Assembly (NCBI RefSeq): GCF_009914755.1
Contig: NC_060932.1
Strand: one strand, 5' to 3'
Source of the DNA: the human T2T-CHM13v2.0 reference genome, Homo sapiens
Length of the DNA stretch: 64,000 nucleotides
Every line of letters starts with the position of its first letter. Positions within the stretch are counted from its first letter, which is position 1. Under the pieces are notes generated by a model, which had not been told where the DNA came from, searched no databases, and saw nothing but the letters and a program-made list of their open reading frames with translations. Of this stretch, positions 1 through 14,185 are shown in pieces. Made by a program: the position numbers and the translations under genes.

Positions 1-16
1 TTTATTCAAGGGGATG

Positions 17-367
17 TGTTATATGGACTGTCAATCTCTAATGTGATGGCATTTGGAGATGGGGCCTTTGGGAGGTAATTAGGTGAAATGAAGCCATTAG
101 GGTAGCAACTTCATGATGAGATTAGTGGCTTAACAAGAGAAGGAAGAGAGAAATGACCATGTGAGCACATGGAGAGAAGGCAGCTATCTACAAGCCAGAA
201 AGAAAGCCCTCACCATAAACGAACCAGAAAGCCCTCACCCTAAGCCAACTATGCTAGCACTTTGATATTGGACTTCTAGCTTCCAGAACTAAGAGGCTGG
301 GAGAAATAAGTGTCTGTTGTTTAAACTACCCTGTCTCTGGTATTTTCTTATAGCAATCTGAGCTAAG
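17..367 (+). mobile_element. MaLR solo LTR, MLT1A/B-like, decayed
   Basis: Hallmark MLT1 blocks: GATGGGGCCTTTGGGAGGTAATTAGG, GGACTTCTAGCTTCCAGAACT, GAGAAATAAGTGTCTGTTGTTTAA..., ending near CTGAGCTAAG. Confidence 0.8.
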
Positions 368-1964
368 GGTGATAAAATAGATATCTTGTTTCCCTGTAAA
401 GAGTTCTTGAAAGAAAGCCTTAAGATAAATAAAATGTAATCCACCATTTAGACATTATAACGTGAAAAGTTTACAAATATCAGTAGAATTATTGTCACCT
501 CATATTTTAACACACTTTCTACCTGGGGCTGCCTGTGCTTTGTTGCACATAGAATAGTCTAGAAGGTAGGACCTTCAATACTCATTCATGATTACTTACC
601 AGAGGCGGAAAGTCGACTCATGCATGGCCCTGGTCACAGCCTCTGAGGACACATTTCTTATATCCTTTCTTTGCTAGACAACTTTGAGAAGAATGTTCTG
701 TCAGGGTATTTATAGAAGCCATTAGCATGATGAGTGAATTCTATGGATAAGTGATGGCTCTTTAAAAATATGGCCTTAAGAAGAGAAAGAGAGAAACTCG
801 TAGGGTGTCTTTTCCAAATAGCAGATTGCTATATTTGGGTGGTCTGAGGATTATGACAAATGTCAAGGACTGCAGACCTCACGAAAGCAGCTCATTATAG
901 CTGAGCACACAGAATGCCACATTCAAGGTTGAGTAGCTGATTTTGTTGCAAACACTACTTTTCAGATTATACCATTTGAAATTTTTAATTAGCCATGAAT
1001 CCTTCTAGGGATAACTTTCCCACAGCTCTTTATAACACTGTAAAAACAAGTCAGATTTTGCTTCGGCAACCTAAAGAACTCAAAATAAGGGTTTCAGTGT
1101 GATAATGATTGTTTCCTCCTCAAATGCTAATTTTGAAAATTCATATTTCAGAAGAATGGATGCTCCAATCCTATGGTCATTCTGCATTTCTAAATCTCAT
1201 TAAAGTTAATGAATTCTGAAAATTAAAATAATAAAGAGAGCCTTTACAGTTTGACTGAATTTTTAGTTTAATAAAATAAGGCCCAGTGAAACACTTAAAC
1301 CTGTTGGTAATGTCCACTTTACAAATGGCTGCTGGATTCATACACAATGTCTTTATTGTTGGGCTCATGGTGTGGACAGCATGAGGGACAACCTAAAAAA
1401 AGATTCCTGTCTTGGGCTTATCTGCTTAGACTCAGCGTATGTCGGATATAGAGAATGTGAAAATCCAGTATATTGACAAAAACACAATCCTTTGCAATGG
1501 AGGCATTCCACAAAAGGTTGCATTCTTGGAGCTGATGCTGAAAGAGATTTTGGTACATATATAATTACATTGTTGCAAGGAACACAGATAATACAATTCT
1601 ACATAATAACTGTAGTGTTTCACATGGACTATTAACATTCTTGCCTAGTTTGTTTAACTTGTTTAACTCACATTTATTCCCTCTATTGAGTAGTTAATGA
1701 CAAATCATTTCTACTCTCCTGTGTGTGTATGTTTTCCCTTGGATACCAGATCTCCCCAAATCCATATTTTAGAAAGTCTCTGTGAGATAGCATATTTTCC
1801 TCTGAATTTCTATAATTCATATATTTCTATAACTTTCTGGCAGGCTCAAAGCTTCAAACAAACTCCACAAGTTCGTTTGTTTCTTTAATCTTTTTCCCGG
1901 TAGGTTGCTCTAAGCCTGTATTATCTAAAAAGGAGATACGAGTTTCTAAACTTATTATTCAACG

Positions 1965-2050
1965 GTTAGCATCCGCATTTTGCAAATGGGGACACCAAGG
2001 TACAGAGAAACTAAGTACCTCATCCAAGGTCACACTCAAAGTTGTGAATA
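1965..2050 (-). mobile_element. MIR fragment
   Basis: CATTTTGCAAATGGGGACACCAAGGTACAGAGAAACTAAGTACCTCATCCAAGGTCACAC resembles the reverse-complement MIR core. Confidence 0.55.
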
Positions 2051-3559
2051 GATATTCTCCAAATTTTGTCCAGCAATAGAGTTCTATGACTTTGTGAGGC
2101 ATTTAGTAACCTAAATTTCAGTCTAGACATCCTTGTGTGAACTCAGAAATTAACATAATCTTATAAATCATAGTTTATACTAGCTTAAAATGGAAATGCT
2201 AGAATTATGAGGCAGAACAGTGTGAGAAAAGACTAGTTATTTCTTTTTTAAAAAATTGTTATTGTTAAGAACAAAGCAATAATTGGTACACCACATCAAA
2301 CCAAACAACCTTTATTGCTAAAAGACCATGATAGTCTGAGTAAACAAATTCAAAGAACTAATTGAGCACAATTCCAGGAAAGCAGTAAAAGTTGATGAGA
2401 CAACTCAGCTACATCAGTGTATGATCTTTAACTTTTTCCCAGGAACCAAATCAAACCAAACCAAAAACAAAGAAAATCCAAACTATACAAATAGTAAGGT
2501 AGTGGTTAATGAAACTGTCGAGGATGGATATAAACAGAACAAATCATTAAAGTTCCATAATTTCAGGAATTCCTTCTTCACACATATCGTGTTAAAGATT
2601 ACTTCAGCTATAGCAATATGATTTGATATTTATATTTTTCAGTTTATGTCCCTATCCTGGAATTCCTGTGATCTGCTGTGGCTCACAAAGCTGCAAGATT
2701 ACTAAATGGAGCATCCTTAATCCAGCACTTAGTTAAGCCTTGAGGAAACTTTCCTAGTTCTTGCTGAACTCATTCACATGTAAAGTTTTTCTTACCTAGA
2801 ATTTCCAATTTGGAACATAGAGGTAGTGTCAAACTGCACTGTGCTGTGTACTAAGATCAAAGGAATACACTTCCTTGTATATGAGATCATGGTTTGTTGA
2901 GTCATATAGTCTGTGTTCTCTTGATAAAGAATGGATTTTATAACACTCTTGACTGCTCAAGAAAATAAGTACAGTCCAAGATATTATGCTTTTCATAAAT
3001 AAAAAAGAGCCTCACAGACATCTTCTCCACAGATACACTTAGAATGACATAGTGTATTTTGATCAAAATGTATGTTATCCAGTCTCGAAAATCTCAATGA
3101 AAATACCATGGGACTGACAGGGTATTTTTAAGGTATGAAGTTAGATTCACAATATATTTAAATAATACATTTTATCAGTCATTCAATACATTCATTAAGT
3201 ATACAAGTGTTCAAAAGAATGGTGAATGAAATAAAATCCTTATCCTCAAGGAGCTTACATTCTAGGGAGAACTGCTTAAATACCAATTATCCAATGTAGT
3301 CATAATGGTTAGAACAGATGTGTGATGGGCTAACAATGAACATAGGAATAGTCCTACCCTTCCCGATCCCCAAATACTAAAGAGGGTTCTGGCTCTATCC
3401 ACTTCATTCCCTTTCTTTCTGTCCTCCCTAAGAAGGGGCCTTGCCGAATGAGCTCTGGGGTGTTTGAGATGAAATATTTTGAGCAAAAGAAGACAGGAGA
3501 AGGACAAGAAAATGTATACCAAAAAAGATGACAAAATAAATTATTTTGGGAAATAAATT

Positions 3560-4310
3560 GTGTATTATACATAGTAGGTATATATATTTATGAGTACATG
3601 AAGTATTCTGGTACAGGCATGTAATGTGTAATAACCATATCATGGAAAATTGGGTATCCATCCCCTCAAAGCACTTATTTCTGTTAAAAACAATCCAATT
3701 ATATCCTCTTAGTTATTTTAAATTGTACAATTAAATTATTATTGACTATGGTCTCCCTCTTGTGCTATCACATACTAGGTCTTATTTATTCTTTCTAACT
3801 ATTTTTCTTTGTACCTGTTAACCATCACCACCTCCCTCCCACCCACCACTACCCTTCTCAGCCTCTGGCAACCATCCTTCTATTCTCTGTCTCCCTGAGT
3901 TCAATTGTTGTTAGTTTTAGATCCCACCAATAAGTGAGAACATGTGATGTTTGTCTTTCTGTGCGTGGCTTATTATACTTAATGTAATGATCTCTAGTTC
4001 CATCCATGTTGTTGCAAATGACTGGATCTCATTCTTTTTTATCGCCGAATAGTACTTCATTGTGTATATGTACCACATTTTCTTTATCCATTTATCTGTT
4101 GATGGCCACTTGGGTTGGTTCAAAATCTTGACTATTGTGAACAGCGCTGCAATAAACATGGGCATGCAGATATCTCTTTGATATACTGATTTCATTTCTT
4201 TTGGGTATATAACCAGCAGTAGGATTGCTGGGTCATATTGTAGCTCTATTTTTAGTTTTTTCGAGGAACCTCCAAATTATTCTCTATAGTGGTTGTACTA
4301 ATTTACATTT
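3560..4310 (-). mobile_element. 5'-truncated L1 3' end, L1MA2/3-like
   Basis: ORF 3917..4195 (-) translates to the L1 ORF2 C-terminus (MFIAALFTI...[22 protein letters not shown]). It is followed by an L1MA-type 3' UTR. Confidence 0.85.
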
Positions 4311-5384
4311 GGGAGGGAAAATTTTGAGGAAAAAAGGCAATACATTAGGGATAAGGAGAAAGAAGATTTTTTTATAAGTGTTGCTGGGGGATTATAGGTT
4401 TCTTTAAGGTGTTAGAGAAAACAAAAATGCTGATTTATCTTGAATTTTTGGGGGGAAATTTGTGTGTTTTTTAACCATTGTACTGCTTTAGAACTGAATC
4501 ATGCAGGTAATAATTAATCCTTTTTAGTATTTATTAGAGGATGCAGAGTGAGCATCATAGAGTATAATTGAAGCAAAGGATCAGCACGTTCCACAGTGCC
4601 TCAGGGACCAGGAACATTCTAGATGGAGGAATGGGCCAGCTGGTCCTGGGAGACAAGTGGAGGCCAATCAGGAGAGGATGGTGTGAGTCGGGGTGGTAAA
4701 GGAGAGTGATCAAAAGGAGAAAAAGAAGGCAAAACCCCAGAAACAGAGGGAGGAAAAATGTAAAAGGAAAGAAAGATTGTTGCATTGACGGACTTTTGGG
4801 AGATTTTTCAGGTTTTGTACTCTCATGTGGAAAGTTTTGTTACAATACAAAATGCTGCAATAAACAGGCAAATACATTTGTGCCATTACTTCTGTAGAAC
4901 AGATTTATACAAGTGGGTGGAAAGGTCAAAGAGCATTGTGTAGTTTATTTTAACAAATATTTCCAAAATACTTTCCCCAAAGTTTGCAACAACTCATGCC
5001 CTCACCACCAAAATCCTAGGGAAGATCCTGATTATTCTGACTTGGGTCAGACTGGCATTGGGAATCATCACTGTGCCAGATGGCGCATGGGAGATTAACA
5101 CATCCACCAGGTAGGTGCCACTATAGCATTCTGTTCATCGTGAATTCGCAGTTCAAGCAGAGTGCCAGGTACATAGTATGCATGTTTTCAAACATTTTAC
5201 TGAATGAATAAATAAGAGTAAGAGGATGGAAGGCAGAAAGTGGCACCGGGGACATAGACATTGGGGAAAATGTGAGAATGTTTAGCATGTGGTATTCATG
5301 GAACTTTGTGACCAGTTGGATGAAGGAGGTAAGAAAAATGAAGGGACAGAGGATGATGCCAAACCTCTTCCATATGAATTACGT

Positions 5385-7963
5385 AAATTTACTAAAATAA
5401 ATTATAACTAGAGAAAAGTACATATGTAAGTATATATCAACATAGATTTTCACATACTGAAGACAGCTATGTAATCAGTGCTCCGATCAGGAATACATGA
5501 CATCTAACCAGCTGACTTCTAATGTGGCAATTAATCGTATAGGTGGAGTCAATTATATGACTGGAACCTCTTTTTATGGAGCAGTTGCATTTGTTGATTC
5601 TCATTGTTGAATACCGTTGGTTCTCACTGTTGTATTGTCTTGTCTGTGCTGTGAAAGTACCACAATGTATTTGTCATTCTACCTCAGCTGACCATTTGGT
5701 TGAGTAGTACTGCTGGTAGTAATCTAGTACATCTGTTATGAATTTCTAGTACTTGTCTACTAGTACTAGTAGTTGTCTCTTGGTGAACAAATGTGGACAG
5801 TTATGTGGGAATATACCTCGGAGTAGAATTGCTGGATCATAGAATATTCATGTATTTAGCTTAGAAGATACCAGCAAAAAGTTTTCCAAGGTAGTTATAT
5901 CAATGTACTCTTCTGCTAGGAATGAGAAGAGTTCGTAGTTGCCCCACACCCTCACCAACACTTGACATTATCTATCTTTTTCATCTAGACATTCTAGTAG
6001 GTGTATAATAGTATTTTATTTCAATTGTTGTTTTAAGTTTTAGTATTTCCCTGATACTAATGATGTTCATATGTTTATCTGCTATTTGAATATCATTTGT
6101 TTCAAGTGTCTGTTGAAACTTTTGCCCATTTTCTACTAAGTTATATGTCTTTTTGTTTTTACTGATTCTTACAATTAAAAAACACATCCTAGATATACAT
6201 TTTTTTTGCTAACACATGTATTGTGGATATTTCATCTCATTCTATCAATTGCCTTATCAAGTAACTTGATAAAAATCTTTATTTTAATATAGTCTAATTT
6301 AGTGCTTTCATTTTTTTTTATACATACACCATCTTAACCATTTTTTTAAAATGTGCAGTTCACTAGTGTTAAGTAAATTCACACTGTTGTGAAACAGGCC
6401 TCCAGAAGTTTATAATCTTGCAAATCTAAAATTCCATAGCCATTAAACAACAACTCCTATATCCCCACACCCTTTAGCCCCTGGTAACTAACATTCTACA
6501 TTGTTTCTATGAATTTGACTACTTCAGATATCTCATATAAATGGAATCATGTACTATCTATCTTTTTGTGACTGGCTTACTTCACTTAACACAGTGCCCT
6601 TAAGGTTCATCCATGTGGTAGCGTATGACAGGATTTTCTTCCTTTTCAAGGCTGAGTAATATTTCATTGTATATCTATGTATCTACCATAGTTTCTTCAT
6701 GCATTCATCCATTCATGGACACTTAGGTTGCTCCTATCTTGAACATGGGTTCACACATATCTCTTCAAGGTTCTGTTTTCAATTCTTTTGGCTGTATATC
6801 CAAAAGTGGGATTGTTGGGTCATATAGTAGTTTCATTTTTAATATTTTGAGAAGCTTCCATACTGTTTCCACAGGGTTTGCTCTATTTTGCAATCCCACC
6901 ATGCCCAAGGTTTACAATTGCTTCACATCCTTACCAACACTTATTTTCTGTTTTGTTTTGTTTTGTTTTTAGATAGTAGCCATCCGAATGGGGGTAAGGT
7001 GATAGCTTATTGTGGTTTTAGTTTGCATTTCTCTGAATGATGATGTTGAGAATTTTTTCATGTTTCTTGGCCTTTTCATTTTTTAATAGACATTTTTGAT
7101 TACTCCAAAATTATGAAAATGTTCTATTAGATTTTCTTCTAAAAATGTTAATTTTGTTTTATCATTATTAGTGTTTACCTTTAATATTCAGATCTTCAAT
7201 CTATTTGGAATGGACTTTTGGTTATGTTAAAGTGTCAAAGTATCTACATCTATATTTTTACTTTATATCTGTATATTTTTGTTGTTCTTATATATACCTA
7301 ATTCTCACAGTAACTTCTCCCCCTGCAATTTAGTCAGCTTTGTTATAAGGTGACTGCATATGTGTGGGTCTGCTTTTGAACTCTATTTTGCCTTATTGTC
7401 CAATTTGTCTACTTTTGAGCCAATGTTATAGTGTTGTAATTACTGTAGATTGATAATAGTTCTAACTATTTTATAGTGTAATCTACCAATTTTACACATC
7501 TTAAGATTGTCTTGGCTATTTTTGGCCCTTTGCCTTTCTTTATAAATTTTCACAATTTTTTCACTGCTCCCTGCCACACATAAAACCAGATGATATTTTA
7601 CTTAGGATTTCATTGAATCTATAGATTAATTTGAGAAGAAACATTAGCTTTACAATATTCAGTTTCCTAATGTGTGAAAATGGCATAACCCTGAAGTTTT
7701 TAAAGATCTCTAATTCTTTTCAATGATATTTTATCCATATTAGTGTAGGCATGTTGCACAGTTCTGTTTAGATTTGGTGCTAACAGATTATTTTAATGGC
7801 ATTATAAATAATATTATTTTTAAATTTTCATTTTTTCTTTTTCAGTGATAAACAGGAATATAATTGATGTTTTTCTATTGACTTTCTATTAAGAAATCTT
7901 GCTAAATTTACTTTTTAATTCTAATAGTGTGTAGATTCATGTAGATTTTCAATTTACACAACT
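5385..7963 (-). mobile_element. Old L1M (L1ME-like) 3' UTR and ORF2 fragments; host of the younger L1MB and L1PA insertions, resumes at about 14066-14450
   Basis: Degenerate antisense L1 motifs: GGAGTAGAATTGCTGGATCATAG, CCTCACCAACACTTG, TTGTCTTGGCTATTTTTGGCCCTTTG, GGATTTCATTGAATCTATAGATTAATTTGAGAAGAA. Confidence 0.65.
6310..7075 (-). mobile_element. L1MB-like 3' end nested in the older L1M
   Basis: T-rich tail, then CATCTTAACCATTTTT..., CCCCTGGTAACTAACATTCTAC, GGCTTACTTCACTTAAC and ORF2 C-terminal sequence (TTGTGGTTTTAGTTTGCATTTCTCTG). Confidence 0.75.
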
Positions 7964-8247
7964 ATGTTGTCTTTTTTTTTTCCATGTTAACCTTCAGTTT
8001 ACATATCAAAATGTCTTTCTTTTTTTTTTTTCTTTTTTTATTATTATACTTTAAGTTTTAGGGTACATGTGCACATTGTGCAGGTTAGTTACATATGTAT
8101 ACATGTGCCATGCTGGTGCGCTGCACCCACTAACTCGTCATCTAGCATTAGGTATATCTCCCGATGCTATCCCTCCTGCCTCCCCCGACCCCACAACAGT
8201 CCCCAGAGTGTGATGTTCCCCTTCCTGTGTCCATGTGTTCTCATTGT

Positions 8248-12074
<3,827 letters not shown>

Positions 12075-12137
12075 TATGATGTTAGCTGGTTATTTTGCTC
12101 TTTAGTTGATGCAGTTTCTTCCTAGTCTCGATGGTCT

Positions 12138-13154
12138 TTACATTTTGGCATGATTTTGCAGCGGCTGGTACCGGTTGTTCCTTTCCATGTTTAGCGCTTC
12201 CTTCAGGAGCTCTTTTAGGGCAGGCCTGGTGGTGACAAAATCTCTCAGCATTTGCTTGTCTGTAAAGGATTTTATTTCTCCTTCACTTATGAAGCTTAGT
12301 TTGGCTGGATATGAAATTCTGGATTGAAAATTCTTTTCTTTAATAATGTTGAATATTGGCCCCCACTCTCTTCTGGCTTGTAGGGTTTCTGCCGAGAGAT
12401 CTGCTGTTAGTCTGATGGGCTTCCCTTTGAGGGTAACCCGACCTTTCTCTCTGGCTGCCCTTAACATTTTTTCCTTCATTTCAACTTTGGTGAATCTGAC
12501 AATTATGTGTCTTGGAGTTGCTCTTCTCGAGGAGTATCTTTGTGGCGTTCTCTGTATTTCCTGAATCTGAACGTTGGCCTGCCTTGCTAGATTGGGGAAG
12601 TTCTCCTGGATAATATCCTGCAGAGTGTTTTCCAACTTGGTTCCATTGTCCCCATCACTTTCAGGTACACCAATCAGACGTAGATTTGGTCTTTTCACAT
12701 AGTCCCATATTTCTTGGAGGCTTTGCTCATTTCTTTTTATTCTTCTTTCTCTAAACTTCCCTTCTCGCTTCATTTCATTCATTTCATCTTCCATCACTGA
12801 TACCCTTTCTTCCAGTTGATCGCATCGGCTCCTGAGGCTTCTGCATTCTTCACGTAGTTCTCGAGCCTTGGTTTTCAGCTCCATCAGCTCCTTTAAACAC
12901 TTCTCTGTATTGGTTATTCTAGTTATACATTCCTCTAAATTTTTTTCAAAGTTTTCAACTTCTTTGCCTTTGGTTTGAATGTCCTCCTGTAGCTCAGAGT
13001 AATTTGATCGTCTGAAGCCTTCTTCTCTCAGCTCGTGAAAGTCATTCTCCATCCAGCTTTGTTCTGTTGCTGGTGGGGAACTGTGTTCCTTTGGAGGAGG
13101 AGAGACACTCTGCTTTTTAGAGTTTCCAGTTTTTCTGTTCTGTTTTTTCCCCAT
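12138..13154 (-). CDS. ORF1: LINE-1 ORF1p (RNA-binding, nucleic-acid chaperone), intact 338 aa
   Basis: Full-length MGKKQNRKTG...LQNHAKM. The coiled coil, RRM and CTD are present, and the REKG, ARR and YPAKLS motifs are intact. Confidence 0.95.
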   Translation of the reverse strand: MGKKQNRKTGNSKKQSVSPPPKEHSSPPATEQSWMENDFHELREEGFRRSNYSELQEDIQTKGKEVENFEKNLEECITRITNTEKCLKELMELKTKARELREECRSLRSRCDQLEERVSVMEDEMNEMKREGKFRERRIKRNEQSLQEIWDYVKRPNLRLIGVPESDGDNGTKLENTLQDIIQENFPNLARQANVQIQEIQRTPQRYSSRRATPRHIIVRFTKVEMKEKMLRAAREKGRVTLKGKPIRLTADLSAETLQARREWGPIFNIIKEKNFQSRISYPAKLSFISEGEIKSFTDKQMLRDFVTTRPALKELLKEALNMERNNRYQPLQNHAKM

Positions 13155-14055
13155 CTTTGTGGTTTTATCTACTTTTGGTCTTTGATGATGGTGATGTACA
13201 GATGGGTTTTTGGTGTGGATGTCCTTTCTGTTTGTTAGTTTTCCTTCTAACAGACAGGACCCTCAGCTGCAGGTCTGTTGGAATACCCTGCTGTGTGAGG
13301 TGTCAGTGTGCTCCTGCTGGGGGATGCCTCCCAGTTAGGCTGCTCGGGGGTCAGGGACCCACTTGAGGAGGCAGTCTGCCCGTTCTCAGATCTCCAGCTG
13401 CGTGCTGAGAGAACCACTGCTCTCTTCAAAGCTGTCAGACAGGGACATTTAAGTCTGCAGAGGTTACTGCTGTCTTTTTGTTTGTCTGAGCCCTGCCCCC
13501 AGAGGTGGAGCCTACAGAGGCAGGCAGGCCTCCTTGAGCTGTGGTGGGCTCCACCCAGTTCGAACTTCCTGGCTGCTTTGTTTACCTAATCAAGCCTGGG
13601 CAATGGCGGGCGCCCATCCCCCAGCCTCGCTGCCGCCTTGCAGTTTGATCTCAGACTGCTGTGCTAGCAATCAGCGAGACTCCATGGGCGTAGGACCCTC
13701 CGAGCCAGGTGCGGGATACACTCTCGTGGTGCGCTGTTTTTTAAGCCCGTCGGAAAAGCGCAGTATTCGGGTGGGAGTGACCCGATTTTCCAGGTGCCCT
13801 CAGTCACCCCTTTCTTTGACTCGGAAAGGGAACTCCCTGACCCCTTGAGCTTCCCAAGTAAGGCAATGCCTCGCCCTGCTTCGGCTCGCGCACGGTGCGC
13901 GCACCCACCGACCTGCGCCCACTGTCTGGCACTCCCTAGTGAGATGAACCCGGTACCTCAGTTGGAAATGCAGAAATCACCCGTCTTCTCCGTCACTCAC
14001 GCTGGGAGCTGTAGACCGGAGCTGTTCCTATTCGGCCATCTTGGCTCCTCCCCTC
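13155..14055 (-). promoter_or_regulatory. L1 5' UTR with internal sense promoter (YY1 site) and antisense promoter
   Basis: CpG-rich 5' UTR. The YY1 motif CAAGATGGCCG is intact on the minus strand at 14033-14043. Confidence 0.85.
13603..13848 (+). CDS. ORF0: LINE-1 antisense ORF0, 81 aa
   Basis: GCAATGG start context; MAGAHPPASLPPCSLISDCCASNQRDS...RIRVGVTRFSR matches primate ORF0. Both splice-donor GT positions (13709, 13794) are retained. Confidence 0.75.
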   Translation: MAGAHPPASLPPCSLISDCCASNQRDSMGVGPSEPGAGYTLVVRCFLSPSEKRSIRVGVTRFSRCPQSPLSLTRKGNSLTP

Positions 14056-14108
14056 ATGTTGTCTTAATGGCAGTTTAATTATGCCTTTTATTTATTTTCT
14101 TTGCCTCA

Positions 14109-14185
14109 TTTTGCTAAAATTTCTGGTAAATTGAAATTTGTTAAAATTTCTGGTAAATTGAAATTTGTTAAAATTTGTGGTAAAT
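14109..14185. repeat. 27-bp tandem repeat, about 2.7 copies
   Basis: Unit TAAAATTTCTGGTAAATTGAAATTTGT starts at 14115, 14142 and 14169. Confidence 0.9.

Noticed and set aside
195-240. Short duplication of AGAAAGCCCTCACC
   Set aside because: A local slippage duplication inside the MLT1 LTR; ordinary.
5757-5772. Perfect 16-bp palindrome CTACTAGTACTAGTAG
   Set aside because: It sits among CTAGTA micro-duplications in decayed L1M sequence; slippage explains it and no function is indicated.
14109-14185. CRISPR-like repeat
   Set aside because: The units are adjacent with no spacers, in a primate genome; it is a plain tandem repeat.
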